Positions 8,620-18,480 of a DNA stretch of 64,000 bases are shown here, in pieces. Every line of letters begins with the position of its first letter. The stretch's first letter is position 1. The position numbers and the translations under genes were made by a program. The notes under the pieces are model-generated. The model ran no database searches. It was not told the origin of the DNA and saw only the letters and a program-made list of their open reading frames with translations. The stretch lies in assembly GCA_017609985.1 (NCBI GenBank), contig JAFCCW010000004.1:15899-79898 (forward strand). Direction: 5' to 3'. The DNA is from Candidatus Iainarchaeum sp. Lineage in GTDB: Archaea; Iainarchaeota; Iainarchaeia; Iainarchaeales; JAFCCW01.

Positions 8620-9088
8620 ATATCTTTAAACCAATGCCCACGAGAATATTCATTGTAAGATAACTCACAAAATACCATCCAAACCAACTGGTTTCACTAT
8701 AAAATGTAAATGCAAAGAATCCTTGTTCTGCAAACCAAGGCAATGCAACAGGCAAGGCAAATGGTTCAAATTGAGTATAAAACATTCCCAGCAAATAAAA
8801 TGCTATGAGAAACACTGGCAATGAAATCATCATATATCTCATGCTTGTCTGCATACTCTTCTGCATTGTCTCCATCATTTCCTTGTTTATCTGTTCAATC
8901 TCCTGCTTGCTTTTTTCATCATCCTTACCCATAAGTTCTTTAACACGATTTTGCTGTGTCTTCATTGTTTCTCTATCTTGCTTCATCTGAGCCTTGTTCA
9001 TAAATTTTGACTGCATTACTTTGGAAACAATTACTAATACGGCAGATATCATAACGATATCAATGCTTGGTGAAATAAACGGAATCAT
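8588..9088 (-). CDS. DUF106-family membrane protein (archaeal Oxa1/YidC/EMC3-like insertase homologue)
   Basis: Three hydrophobic segments flank a coiled, charged cytosolic loop. The position between secY and cmk is conserved in archaea. Confidence 0.65.
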   Translation of the reverse strand: MIPFISPSIDIVMISAVLVIVSKVMQSKFMNKAQMKQDRETMKTQQNRVKELMGKDDEKSKQEIEQINKEMMETMQKSMQTSMRYMMISLPVFLIAFYLLGMFYTQFEPFALPVALPWFAEQGFFAFTFYSETSWFGWYFVSYLTMNILVGIGLKIFEKAKGVQNG

Positions 9089-9200
9089 CTTTATCCCTCT
9101 AAAACCATTTCCAAAAAGTTGGAGCCCAAAAAGCAGGTTTTGTGGCTATAACTATTATTTCCGCATGGAATACTATATAAATGCTTTGTTGTCATCTCAT

Positions 9201-10610
9201 TCACCCTAACAGTTTTCCCAGCATTGGATGCATTTCTGCTAACTGGCTCCTTGCAAGTTCTTCATAAAGTCTGTAAACTATTCCAACTGTAAGCAAAATT
9301 CCCATTCCACTCACTAGTGTTCCAAGAGACATGTCTCCCAAGCCAGCTAAAAGTCCAACAAAAACTGAACCCAAAATTGTTATTGTCGGAATATATCTGT
9401 CAAGAATTCCCTTAATTATTCTCTTGTCTCGTCTGAATCCAGGAATATACATTCCGCTACTCTGCAACTGCTCTGAAATTGCTTCCGGACCCTGTCCACC
9501 CATTTGAACCCAGAATTTTCCAAACACAATACATGCTGAAATAAGTATTGCTAAATAAACAAGTGCGTGTCCAAGAGCAGGAGCCATAATCATTAAACCA
9601 TTAATTGGTCCTTCAGCAATAACCCTTAGTACAAGATCCTGAATTAAATTATAAGGAGATGTAGTGGCCCAGGCAAGGAATCCAAGAATTCCCCCAGTAT
9701 CTGGTGCTGCTGGAAGAAACTCTAGTCCGTTTCCAATTATTGGAATTCCTGCAGTCATCATGCTCCAAATTCTCACGTTTGCAAAAAGTGCTGCTGCAAG
9801 AATAACCGGCATGTTAGAAACGTAAAGCAGTTTAACTGGAAATCTGCCCCCAGTTCCGCGTCTTCCCATAGTAATTGGAATATTTACATGCATTCCCTCT
9901 GCGAAAACAATTATTATAAAAATTGCCAAAGCAATAATTACTGGAATAAGTGAAATAAAGTCAGCGCTTCCTGAAGCAATGCTCGAGATAAATCTTGAAA
10001 TAATTCCTCCCTGAATTCCAGCAAGAGCTCCAACTGGCGGGGCAAAAACCTGCCAAAAGAATGCTCCTGAAACTCCGCCTGCAATAAACAATCCTACTCC
10101 TGAGCCAATCCCGTGCTTTGAAACAAGTTCATCTAAATAAAGCAGTATAAGCGAACCAAGAGCAACCTGTAGCACTATCACGAGAAGCATTCCCTCCATT
10201 GGCTGAAGAAGACCTGATGCAGTGTAAACAAATGCTTCAAAAAAGCAAAGCACTATTGCGAAAAGCTTTTGAAGCCCCTGAAATCTTGCCTTGTCTTTTG
10301 GATTTGACAAATCAATGTCAAGAATTTTTCCACCGACAAGAAGCTGCAAAATGATTGATGCAAGAACAATTGGGCCAATTCCAGCACTAATTAAGGAACC
10401 TGTATTGCTTGCAAGAATAGTCTGCATTTGAGCAAGAACAGCTCCTCTCTCTGCTGAAAGACCTATTAGTTCAATGTTTCCCATTATGAAAAACAACAAC
10501 AGTGCAAGAGAACTCCATACTAATTTTTTCTTGATGCTTGGCTCTGTTTCAGGCGCCTTTATTTCTGGCAACACACTGTAAACAGGTTCCAAAATATCAA
10601 GAATTCCCAT
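9201..10610 (-). CDS. secY: preprotein translocase subunit SecY
   Basis: Ten TM segments, a plug region, and a GMGILLTVGIV C-terminal motif. Confidence 0.95.
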   Translation of the reverse strand: MGILDILEPVYSVLPEIKAPETEPSIKKKLVWSSLALLLFFIMGNIELIGLSAERGAVLAQMQTILASNTGSLISAGIGPIVLASIILQLLVGGKILDIDLSNPKDKARFQGLQKLFAIVLCFFEAFVYTASGLLQPMEGMLLVIVLQVALGSLILLYLDELVSKHGIGSGVGLFIAGGVSGAFFWQVFAPPVGALAGIQGGIISRFISSIASGSADFISLIPVIIALAIFIIIVFAEGMHVNIPITMGRRGTGGRFPVKLLYVSNMPVILAAALFANVRIWSMMTAGIPIIGNGLEFLPAAPDTGGILGFLAWATTSPYNLIQDLVLRVIAEGPINGLMIMAPALGHALVYLAILISACIVFGKFWVQMGGQGPEAISEQLQSSGMYIPGFRRDKRIIKGILDRYIPTITILGSVFVGLLAGLGDMSLGTLVSGMGILLTVGIVYRLYEELARSQLAEMHPMLGKLLG

Positions 10611-10621
10611 GCTCTAACACC

Positions 10622-11209
10622 TTAAGCTTTCTTTTCCTCTTTGCCTTTGTTATCTTTACTATCTTTACTTTCAGTTTTACTTTCTTTAACTGCCTTTGCA
10701 GGCTCTTCTTTTTCTTCAATTGCTTGTTCTTCATTGATTTCAGCAGAAGTTTCTTCTTCAAACTCTTCCAGTTCTTCTTCTGCTTCTTCTCCTGCGTCTC
10801 CACCAGCTTCCAAAATCTTTTCAATAGCAGACTTGCTTGCTTTAATGTTAACAAGTTTTACAGGCACTGTGATTTTTCCTTTTCCAAGAATCTTATCAAT
10901 GTCTGTTTTTATTCCATCAAAGACATACATTTTTCCATGCTTTTCAATTTCTTTGGATTTTTCAAGCTTTTCAATAATCGAAGAAATATCTTCAACATTA
11001 ATAGTTTTTTCAGTATTCTTTGGCTTCAATGCTGGTTCTTTTCCAAAGCTATCATAGTACTTGCTGTACTTGTGCTTGTGTGATCCAGCTCTTCCTCTTC
11101 CGCCTCGGCAACCTGCTCCGCGTTTATTCTTTGTATCACCTTTTCCATGCGATCTATTTCCACGAAGCTTGTTTTTCTTTCTAATCCTTCTTGTTACCAT
11201 AAAACTCAC
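10622..11209 (-). CDS. rpl15: 50S ribosomal protein uL15 with acidic/KE C-terminal tail
   Basis: RGNRSHGKG...GAGCRGGRGRAGSHKHK. Confidence 0.85.
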   Translation of the reverse strand: MSFMVTRRIRKKNKLRGNRSHGKGDTKNKRGAGCRGGRGRAGSHKHKYSKYYDSFGKEPALKPKNTEKTINVEDISSIIEKLEKSKEIEKHGKMYVFDGIKTDIDKILGKGKITVPVKLVNIKASKSAIEKILEAGGDAGEEAEEELEEFEEETSAEINEEQAIEEKEEPAKAVKESKTESKDSKDNKGKEEKKA

Positions 11210-11668
11210 CTAAATCATTTTCTTTATCAGCAGGTTTATGTCTGAAGCCCTGTATCCAAGTGCTCCTCCAACTGTATAACTTTTCTTTATTCCTGCTCTT
11301 TCATAACCTTTTTTTGGAGGCCTTAATCTGAACACAGGTTTTATTCCAAGTTCCTTAAGCTTTTTTCCAGCAATTACTGTTTCAGCTAATTCTTTGAAAT
11401 CTTTAATCTTGCTTTCTTTGAAGAATTCTTCTCCAATTTTTTTGTTTCCCGCTAGTCTTCCTCTTTTTTCAAGAACTGCTGCAAGAGTTTCTGCAGTAAT
11501 TTCACCAAAAGTAACATAGTTTTCTGTTTTTCTCAGCATGCTTCTGTTTTGTTTGTTTTCTTCAGAAACAACAAGATGATTTACTCTTGTTAAACGGAGC
11601 AATTCCATTGTCTTTTTTATGTCAGGTTTTATGTTAACATTTCCTCTGACTCTAACAACTGCGTACAT
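11210..11668 (-). CDS. rpl30: 50S ribosomal protein uL30
   Basis: MYAVVRVRGNVNIKPDIKKTMELLRL. Confidence 0.85.
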   Translation of the reverse strand: MYAVVRVRGNVNIKPDIKKTMELLRLTRVNHLVVSEENKQNRSMLRKTENYVTFGEITAETLAAVLEKRGRLAGNKKIGEEFFKESKIKDFKELAETVIAGKKLKELGIKPVFRLRPPKKGYERAGIKKSYTVGGALGYRASDINLLIKKMI

Positions 11669-11674
11669 CTTTTA

Positions 11675-12403
11675 TCACTCTTTCCTTCCTGTTGAAAACT
11701 TTTTTGAAATATCTTCTGAAATTCTCATTTTTGCTGTTTTTGAAAGTGCATCAATTGCAGCTATTGCAAAATTAATTGTTGTTTTTGTTGCGCCAGAAGT
11801 ATTGCTCCAAACATCTTGGATTCCTGCAAACTCTAAAACCTTTTTTATATTGTCTCCTGCGACAAGTCCAATTCCTTTTGGCGCAGGGATAAGTGTTACG
11901 CGAACTGAAGCGCATTTTCCCTCTACTTTGAAAGGAACTGAATGCTGATCATTGCATGGGCACTCCCAGCTTCCACAGCCTCTTTTTATTCTAACCAAAT
12001 TTAATCTTGCTTTTCTTTTAGCTTTGTCTATTGCAGGCCATTTGTCTGTATCCTTTGCAGTTCCAAGCCCCACAAGACCGTTTTTGTTTCCAATAAGCAC
12101 TGATGTTCTGAAAGCAAATTTTCTTCCAGCTCTCACAACTCGAGAAGTTTTCTTAATATCAATTATTTCTTCTTGCATTTCCACTAGATAATCAACTATT
12201 TCTGGTTCAAGAATTGAAATATTCTTTTCAAATATTTCATCAATGGAAGTAATTTCTCCATTTTTAACTTTTTTTCCCAAGCTTGTTTTTGGAACCCAGT
12301 TGGTGAGCATAGCTTCCTTGTTCTTTTCATCTTGCTCTCTTCTGCTTTCTTTTCTTCTCGCTTCTCTTTTTGTTTTGTCATTCTCAGTCAACTGAATCAC
12401 CAT
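11675..12403 (-). CDS. rps5: 30S ribosomal protein uS5
   Basis: SRVVRAGRKFAFRTSVLIGNKNGLVGLG...IPAPKGIGLVAG. Confidence 0.9.
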   Translation of the reverse strand: MVIQLTENDKTKREARRKESRREQDEKNKEAMLTNWVPKTSLGKKVKNGEITSIDEIFEKNISILEPEIVDYLVEMQEEIIDIKKTSRVVRAGRKFAFRTSVLIGNKNGLVGLGTAKDTDKWPAIDKAKRKARLNLVRIKRGCGSWECPCNDQHSVPFKVEGKCASVRVTLIPAPKGIGLVAGDNIKKVLEFAGIQDVWSNTSGATKTTINFAIAAIDALSKTAKMRISEDISKKFSTGRKE

Positions 12404-12975
12404 TTTTTATTTGAAATCTTTTCCTTTACTTCTTCAAATTTTTTTGAGATATTCTTCACGTCAAAACCTTCTTTTACATAGCGTGAAAATCTTTTATTAA
12501 ACTCTTCTTCCCCAAGCTTTTCCACATATTCTTCAATATGCTTGCCTGAAACCCTGTTTGGATCAGCCAATGCTTTTTCGTCGTGCGGAATATTCATTCC
12601 AGCGTCAATTGCTCCCTTTAATGCTGCAAAAGGGATACTTCCGTGAACCGGTGCTCGAAAGCCAAGGTCAAATACTGCTTCTTTTGCATTATTCTTGATT
12701 GCAATAAATCCGCAAGCAAAACCTGTCAGATAAGCACTTGGAATATTTCTTGAACCAACCCATCCGAATTCATCAAGCTTTTTTGAATTAAATTCTGCAA
12801 CAATCTTATCCCCGTGTTTTTGCATTTCAATAGCCTGAACCTTTACTCCAGTATTTGAGTCTCTGACAACAAGTCTTATTTTTCCAGACTTCACAAGAGC
12901 TAGTCTCTTCTTATAATTTGTTTTTCCCTCTCTTCTTCTTCTGAATTTTACACTAAACGTTGCCTTGTTTGCCAT
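12397..12975 (-). CDS. rpl18: 50S ribosomal protein uL18
   Basis: RRRREGKTNYKKRLALVKSGKIRLVVR. Confidence 0.9.
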   Translation of the reverse strand: MANKATFSVKFRRRREGKTNYKKRLALVKSGKIRLVVRDSNTGVKVQAIEMQKHGDKIVAEFNSKKLDEFGWVGSRNIPSAYLTGFACGFIAIKNNAKEAVFDLGFRAPVHGSIPFAALKGAIDAGMNIPHDEKALADPNRVSGKHIEEYVEKLGEEEFNKRFSRYVKEGFDVKNISKKFEEVKEKISNKKW

Positions 12976-12983
12976 AAAAACAC

Positions 12984-13427
12984 CTACTTATTTCCTTTCA
13001 CATAAGATTCAACATATTTTTTTCCTCTGAAGAACCCGCCTTTAATTTTTCTGTACACATTTGAATAACCTGCTTTTTCAACATCTTCAGGACTTTCTGC
13101 TCTTAATTCTCTTAATTTTCTTCTCTGAGCTCTTACATTTTTTATCCAAGTCTTCTTTTTGTTAGTTCTTGCTTTTTTTGTTCCCTTTCTTTTTCCAGGG
13201 CCTTTCTTTCTTCCTGCTGCTTTTTTGACCTGAAGTTTTCTTGCTCTTGACCTGCTTTGCCCGTTAACTTCCTTTTTCTTTATTGCTCCTTCTTTAATCA
13301 GTTCTCGAATGTCATCTTTTGTAATGACTTCGCTGATTTTTTCTCCCTGTACTGGGTCAAGCCATATTCTGTTTCTTCCTGTCTTCAGCACTCGGGCTGC
13401 AATGCTTTTAACTTTGTCCAGATCCAT
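12984..13427 (-). CDS. rpl19e: 50S ribosomal protein eL19 (L19e)
   Basis: MDLDKVKSIAARVLKTGRNRIWLDP. Confidence 0.85.
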   Translation of the reverse strand: MDLDKVKSIAARVLKTGRNRIWLDPVQGEKISEVITKDDIRELIKEGAIKKKEVNGQSRSRARKLQVKKAAGRKKGPGKRKGTKKARTNKKKTWIKNVRAQRRKLRELRAESPEDVEKAGYSNVYRKIKGGFFRGKKYVESYVKGNK

Positions 13428-13431
13428 AAAC

Positions 13432-13989
13432 TCACCTATTTAGTACAACAATTCCTTTTTTTCCAGCTTCTTTTACGATTCCAATTCTTTTCTTTTTTCC
13501 AACAGTTCCGCTAATTCTTGCAGCTTCTCCTTCCTTCAAAGCAACAAGTTCTTTTGGGTTGTTAACTAATACTTCCCTGTAACCAGACGGGTGCAAGCCT
13601 CTAACTTCTTTTGCAGTTCTATAACCTGTTTTTGGCATTGCTCCATCCTCTTTTCTGTTAAGCACGTCAATTCCTCTTGGCTTTCTCCACTTCTGCCACT
13701 TCTTATTGCTCTTTCTTCTAAACTGTTTTTTTCCAAATCTTCCTCTAAAAATTGGAAGTTTTTTCTTTTTCTTAATCTTTGTTTGAAGTTTTTTAACTGA
13801 TTCTGGTTTTTTAATCTTTTTTGATTTTGGCTTTTCTAAAGTTTTCTCAGTTTTCATAGGTGCTTGTTTTTCAGTTTTTGGACTAGCCACTGTCTTTGAA
13901 ACAGGCTCTTTTTCCATTTTGGAAATTGTTTTCTTGGTTACTGCTATTTTATTATCTTTTGATGGCTTGTCTTTACTCATTGTCTTCAC
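13432..13989 (-). CDS. rpl32e: 50S ribosomal protein eL32 (L32e) with K-rich N-terminal extension
   Basis: KKWQKWRKPRGIDVLNRK...VRGLHPSGY. Confidence 0.8.
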   Translation of the reverse strand: MKTMSKDKPSKDNKIAVTKKTISKMEKEPVSKTVASPKTEKQAPMKTEKTLEKPKSKKIKKPESVKKLQTKIKKKKKLPIFRGRFGKKQFRRKSNKKWQKWRKPRGIDVLNRKEDGAMPKTGYRTAKEVRGLHPSGYREVLVNNPKELVALKEGEAARISGTVGKKKRIGIVKEAGKKGIVVLNR

Positions 13990-14554
13990 CCTTTGTTTCT
14001 TCTTCGTTCTTCAAAAATCCTTTTTCAACAAGATATATACCGTCCTGAAAAATTCTAGTATCCCTATTTTTTATCCTTGTAGCCTGTTCAAGATTTGCTG
14101 AAGTCTGGCTTACACGTTCCTTATTGATTCCTGAAACAGTGATGTCCTTCCCCTTAATTTCAACCTTGACTCCTGGCCTGATTTTTGCAATTCTTGGCTT
14201 TTTTTCTCCTGCAAAATTGTTTATTTCAACATTTTCTCCCTGCACTACAATGTTCATTGGAAAGTGAGAAAAAACAACTGAAAGCTTGTATTGAAATCCT
14301 TTCTCAAGACCGTCAATAAGATTGGTAACATGCGTTTTGAAAGTTTTTACAAGAGCTCTTACTCCCCTGGTATCCGGTTTTCCTCTGATTGCGATTGAGT
14401 TCTTTTCAGGAACAAGCATAACATTTGCTGATTCAAACACATAGCAGTTTTCTTCTCCGCCTTTCTTCAGGCAGAGCTTTTTGCCATGTATTTCAAATTC
14501 TATTCCTTCAGGAATCTCAATTTTTTCTTCGTAAATCTCAATCATTTTATTCAC
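13973..14554 (-). CDS. rpl6: 50S ribosomal protein uL6
   Basis: Two repeated L6 domains: IEIPEGIEFEIHGKKL and VKVEIKGKDITVSG. Confidence 0.9.
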   Translation of the reverse strand: MNKMIEIYEEKIEIPEGIEFEIHGKKLCLKKGGEENCYVFESANVMLVPEKNSIAIRGKPDTRGVRALVKTFKTHVTNLIDGLEKGFQYKLSVVFSHFPMNIVVQGENVEINNFAGEKKPRIAKIRPGVKVEIKGKDITVSGINKERVSQTSANLEQATRIKNRDTRIFQDGIYLVEKGFLKNEEETKGEDNE

Positions 14555-14947
14555 CTAGTAAACAAACGCAAGAAGTCTTCCTCCAACGCCGTTTTCTTTT
14601 GCCTGCTTGTGAGTAAAAACTCCTTTAGGAGTTGTTACTATGATGATTCCAACATCCTTTGAAGGAAGATATCTTTTTTCATATTTTTCAAATTCGTCTT
14701 TCTTAACAGCATATCTTGGCTTGATTGCCTTGCATGCATTAATTGTTCCGTTAAGTTCAACCGTGAAAAAACCTTCTCTTCCGTCTTCCACAAACTTGAA
14801 ATCTCCCACATATTTTTCTTCTTTCATGACATTAAGGATTTCTCCAAAGAGCTTGGACGCAGGCCTACAAATACATTCTTTTTTTGAAGCAAGGTCACTG
14901 TTCTTAATGTTCACAAGTGCATCTGATATTGGATCAACTAAAGTCAT
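14555..14947 (-). CDS. rps8: 30S ribosomal protein uS8
   Basis: DPISDALVNIKNS...GIIIVTTPKGV. Confidence 0.9.
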   Translation of the reverse strand: MTLVDPISDALVNIKNSDLASKKECICRPASKLFGEILNVMKEEKYVGDFKFVEDGREGFFTVELNGTINACKAIKPRYAVKKDEFEKYEKRYLPSKDVGIIIVTTPKGVFTHKQAKENGVGGRLLAFVY

Positions 14948-14956
14948 TCTGTCACC

Positions 14957-15106
14957 TCACCCAAACTTCCTGAAGCCAAGATCTATTGCTATTTCTTTAA
15001 AACATCTTCTGCAGATTTTCAGACCATATTTGCTGATGACTCCTCTTTTAGTCTTGCAAATTCTGCACTCTGATGGCTTCTTTTTCCCAGTCTCTTTTTC
15101 AGTCAT
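14957..15106 (-). CDS. rps14: 30S ribosomal protein uS14 (zinc-ribbon type, 49 aa)
   Basis: Manual translation gives MTEKETGKKKPSECRICKTKRGVISKYGLKICRRCFKEIAIDLGFRKFG, with a CxxC...CxxC ribbon. It is below the 60-aa ORF-track cutoff and overlaps the rpl5 stop. Confidence 0.8.
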   Translation of the reverse strand: MTEKETGKKKPSECRICKTKRGVISKYGLKICRRCFKEIAIDLGFRKFG

Positions 15107-15600
15107 GCAATTTCAACTCCAAACTTTTCTGTAATAAACTCAATTGCTTCTTCTCGTGAAACACAATGCTTTCTTCCAACTTTTTTCTTTCCTATTTTTC
15201 TTTTCTTAATTCTGTATCCTGCTCTCTCAAGAGAAACAAGAACATCAAATCCCTTTATCCCAAGCTCTGGTTCATACTTAATGTTTGGAAGATCAATATA
15301 CTCTTTGATTCCAAATCCGAAATTTCCATTTCTGTCAAAATTTTTTCCCGCAAGCATGTTTTCTTTTGCAAGAAAAGCTTGTTTCAAAAATTCAACAGCA
15401 TCAGTTCCTCTGAGAGTAACCTTTGCTCCAATCGGAAGACCAGGCCTGATATTTAAAGTTGGAGCCTTTACTTTGCAGAGAGTCTGAATAGGCTTTTTTC
15501 CAGTGATTTTTTTCAAAATCTTGATTGCTTTTTTCAGCTCTTCACCGCTTTCGCCAACACCCATGTTGACTGTGATTTTTCCAACTTTAATGTCTTTCAC
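15103..15600 (-). CDS. rpl5: 50S ribosomal protein uL5
   Basis: KITVNMGVGESGEEL...FGFGIKEYIDLP. Confidence 0.9.
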   Translation of the reverse strand: MKDIKVGKITVNMGVGESGEELKKAIKILKKITGKKPIQTLCKVKAPTLNIRPGLPIGAKVTLRGTDAVEFLKQAFLAKENMLAGKNFDRNGNFGFGIKEYIDLPNIKYEPELGIKGFDVLVSLERAGYRIKKRKIGKKKVGRKHCVSREEAIEFITEKFGVEIA

Positions 15601-15602
15601 TT

Positions 15603-16349
15603 TTACTCACCTTTTGTCTCCAGTCCCTTTAATTCAACACTTTTTTCTCCAACAATAAAAATTTTATCCTTTACTGTCAAAAACTCGTCTCCATCCTTTG
15701 GTTTCAAGGAAATAAGTGGAGGTCGCTTCATTGTTCCAGTCTGCACCCGCAAAACAGTTCCTATTGTTGAAACACGTCTTCCCCCTGTTACAATAGCTGT
15801 GTTTCCCTCAACAAGCTTGAAAATTTTTACAATTTTTTGGTTTGGAAGCTCTATCTTTAGCACGTCTCCTGTTGAAATTTCATTCTTGTCATCTGAAAAT
15901 ATTCTTCCATCCTGGCTCTCAACAACAATCTTGTTTTTTGCGACTGTTTTTTTGCCAGTTATCTTGCATAGTTTGGATGACTTTTCTTTGAAATCCAATT
16001 CTCTTACTTCAAATCGTCCGAGTTTGTCAAGTGCAAGTAGATATTTTTTCTTTATTTTTTCAATTGTAATTATGTCAAAAAGACCAACCGGAAACCTGTA
16101 ATCTTTTCTTACAACTTCATCAACTTTGACTTCCTGATTTTTAAGCACAATTCTTGTTTCTCTTAGATTATCTGTCAACCCAAGCAAGTTTCTGACAACA
16201 AATCCTAATGGCACGCTTTCTTCTCTAGAGTGCGGTCCTGGATTTGAACGAATTGTCCAAGTACTTTGTTTTCTTTCAATCTTTCTGGACTTACTTGTAC
16301 TAAGAGTTTTTTCCGCTGTTTTTCCGCCTTTTTTACCCATAAATATCAC
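15603..16349 (-). CDS. rps4e: 30S ribosomal protein eS4 (S4e)
   Basis: KYLLALDKLGRFEV...KDGDEFLTVKDKIFIVGEK. Confidence 0.9.
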   Translation of the reverse strand: MIFMGKKGGKTAEKTLSTSKSRKIERKQSTWTIRSNPGPHSREESVPLGFVVRNLLGLTDNLRETRIVLKNQEVKVDEVVRKDYRFPVGLFDIITIEKIKKKYLLALDKLGRFEVRELDFKEKSSKLCKITGKKTVAKNKIVVESQDGRIFSDDKNEISTGDVLKIELPNQKIVKIFKLVEGNTAIVTGGRRVSTIGTVLRVQTGTMKRPPLISLKPKDGDEFLTVKDKIFIVGEKSVELKGLETKGE

Positions 16350-16840
16350 GCCTTCTTCTTTTTGCCTGAGTTTTCCTTTTTTGTTTCAGTTTTCTTTTCA
16401 GTCTTTGCTTCAGGTTTTTTTGCTTTCTTTTCAGTATTTTTCTCTACTTTTTCAGATTTTTTTTCAATACTCTTTTTTGAAATCTTCTTTCCTCTCTTAA
16501 ATCTTTTATCATCATCTCTTTCAATTTCCAAAACAACAATATTTGAAGGATTTATTGGAACAAGAATTTCTGTTCCGTCTGATTTCTTTCTGATAATTTT
16601 TTCAATATAAATTCTTGCTCTTTCCCTGTTAATTCTTGAAATTTTTCCCTCTTTACCTTTTTTGCTTCCCCGCACAATCTTTACTTTATCTCCTTTTCTA
16701 AGCGCTATGCTTCTTTTTTCAAGTTCTTTTCTCAATTCTTTTGACAAATGGCCTGAAACTCTGCTGGTTTGATGGTGCAGAGGCATGTTGTAAAATACTT
16801 TTCTCTGTTTTGAAGGTTTGCTACTTTTCATCATAAACAC
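16346..16840 (-). CDS. rpl24: 50S ribosomal protein uL24 with K/E-rich C-terminal tail
   Basis: KOW motif LRKGDKVKIVRGSKKGKEGKI. Confidence 0.85.
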   Translation of the reverse strand: MFMMKSSKPSKQRKVFYNMPLHHQTSRVSGHLSKELRKELEKRSIALRKGDKVKIVRGSKKGKEGKISRINRERARIYIEKIIRKKSDGTEILVPINPSNIVVLEIERDDDKRFKRGKKISKKSIEKKSEKVEKNTEKKAKKPEAKTEKKTETKKENSGKKKKA

Positions 16841-17239
16841 CTAAACTATTGACGAGGCAAGACCTGCTATTTTTGGCCATCTTTCTCCAACCTCTTTTGC
16901 TACAGCTCCTTTTATTTCAGATGCTTTTGGAAGACCTTTTTCATCCACTAGCACAACTGCATTGTCTGAAAATTTTATTCTGGTTCCATTAGCTCTCTTA
17001 AATTCTTTTTTTGCTCGAATAATAATTGCTCTTTCAACTTTTTTTCTCATTTCAGGTTTTCCCTTTTTTACAACAACATTAACTACATCGCCGATTCCTG
17101 CTTTTGGATTCATTCTTCTCTTTCCCCTAAATCCGAAAACTGAAATAATCTCAACTTCCTTGGCTCCGGAATTATCTGAACAGACACATCTGCTTTTTTG
17201 AGTCAAGCTTTTTGCTACTGACGCGCTTATTGCTTTCAT
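16841..17239 (-). CDS. rpl14: 50S ribosomal protein uL14
   Basis: CVCSDNSGAKEVEII...GDVVNVVVKKGKPEMRKKV. Confidence 0.9.
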   Translation of the reverse strand: MKAISASVAKSLTQKSRCVCSDNSGAKEVEIISVFGFRGKRRMNPKAGIGDVVNVVVKKGKPEMRKKVERAIIIRAKKEFKRANGTRIKFSDNAVVLVDEKGLPKASEIKGAVAKEVGERWPKIAGLASSIV

Positions 17240-17288
17240 TTTTTATCGCCCTTTTTTTCTTCGATTTTTTCTTTTTTTACTTCTTCTT

Positions 17289-17654
17289 TTATTGAGTCTT
17301 TATTTCAGGCACTGACTCGGATTTTTTTTCCTTCATTTTTTCTTCCTTTACTTTATCTACTTTTTCTGCTTTTTTCTCAATTGACATAACAACAAAGCTT
17401 TTTGTCTTGCTAAGCCTTCTTGTTTCACCAACAGTTACAATGTCACCCTCGCCTGCAGCAATGCATTCAGGGTTATGAGCATAAATTTTTGAAGTGAATT
17501 TTTTGTATCTTTCATACTTTGGAATCTGTCTTATAAGTGTTCTTGTAATCACTACAGTGCGATGTGGCTTTGCGCTGACAACTGTTCCAGTAAACATATT
17601 GCCTCTTATTTTTAGTCCGCCATGCACGGGACATTTTTTGTCATTGCATTCCAT
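17289..17654 (-). CDS. rps17: 30S ribosomal protein uS17
   Basis: CNDKKCPVHGGLKIRG...GDIVTVGETRRLSKTKSF. I chose the internal start MECNDKK to limit overlap with Rpp29; the listed start is 17717. Confidence 0.8.
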   Translation of the reverse strand: MECNDKKCPVHGGLKIRGNMFTGTVVSAKPHRTVVITRTLIRQIPKYERYKKFTSKIYAHNPECIAAGEGDIVTVGETRRLSKTKSFVVMSIEKKAEKVDKVKEEKMKEKKSESVPEIKTQ

Positions 17655-17952
17655 TTTTTTTCCTCCAAAATTCCTTAATCCTGTTTTCTGGTTTTTCTTC
17701 AATAAACTTTCCATCAATCCTAACTCTTTCTTTTCCCAATAAAAACTCTATTACAACTTCCCTTTTTGGAATAATTTTTTCGCCTGAACCTGTTTCAACA
17801 ACAAGAGTGTTTTTTGTTTCATCAACAACTCTTCCGCACAACCCTTTTCTTGAGCTTTCCTTGCTTTCCAAGACCTTTACTTCAAGTCCGATAAGCTCGT
17901 GTGCTCCAAGGTTTTCTTTTGTTATGCGATATTGCTGTGATTCAAGCATCAA
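17641..17952 (-). CDS. rnp1: RNase P protein component Rpp29 (Pop4)
   Basis: ELIGLEVKVLESKESSRKGLCGRVVDETKNTLVVETGSGEK, Rpp29 Sm-like fold. It sits in the conserved L29-SUI1-Rpp29-S17 context. Confidence 0.75.
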   Translation of the reverse strand: MMLESQQYRITKENLGAHELIGLEVKVLESKESSRKGLCGRVVDETKNTLVVETGSGEKIIPKREVVIEFLLGKERVRIDGKFIEEKPENRIKEFWRKKNGMQ

Positions 17953-18244
17953 TCAATTCCTCCTTAAATCCTTTTTTTATCAGGAAATCTTTAACTTTTT
18001 TCAGATGGTTTCCCTGCAGTTCAATTTCATCATCTTTTATTGTTCCTCCACAAGCAAACTGCCTTTTCATTTCCTTTCCAAGCTCCTGAATGTTTGCATC
18101 TTTTTCTATTCCATTTACCGTAGTGACAATTTTTCCAAATCGTCTTCTTACTGTTCTAACTTTTATTTTTGTCGATTCTTTTGCGATTTCACTGCAGACA
18201 CAAAGCGACTGCGGCATTCCACATTTTTGGCAAACTCCACTCAT
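17942..18244 (-). CDS. translation initiation factor SUI1 (aIF1)
   Basis: N-terminal Zn knuckle CQKCGMPQSLCVC plus KRQFACGGTIKDDEIELQG SUI1 core. Confidence 0.85.
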   Translation of the reverse strand: MSGVCQKCGMPQSLCVCSEIAKESTKIKVRTVRRRFGKIVTTVNGIEKDANIQELGKEMKRQFACGGTIKDDEIELQGNHLKKVKDFLIKKGFKEELIDA

Positions 18245-18474
18245 TCGCTTTTACTCACCTCTGGTTTTTTCTTTATTTCAATTTCATTAAGAATTGTAAG
18301 CGTTCTGGCAATTTCTCTCCTATTTTTTCTGATAATTCCCGGATTCTCCGGCCTGGTTCCTGAAGAAATCAGAGCACGTTCCTTTGAGAGTTCTTGCTTA
18401 ATTGTCACTATTCTCTCCTTAAGCTCTTCTTCGCTCATTGCTCTCAAATCTTTTGGTTTAATCTTTTTTGCCAT
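18241..18474 (-). CDS. rpl29: 50S ribosomal protein uL29
   Basis: LRAMSEEELKERIVTIKQELSKERAL. Confidence 0.85.
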   Translation of the reverse strand: MAKKIKPKDLRAMSEEELKERIVTIKQELSKERALISSGTRPENPGIIRKNRREIARTLTILNEIEIKKKPEVSKSE

Positions 18475-18480
18475 TCAAAA

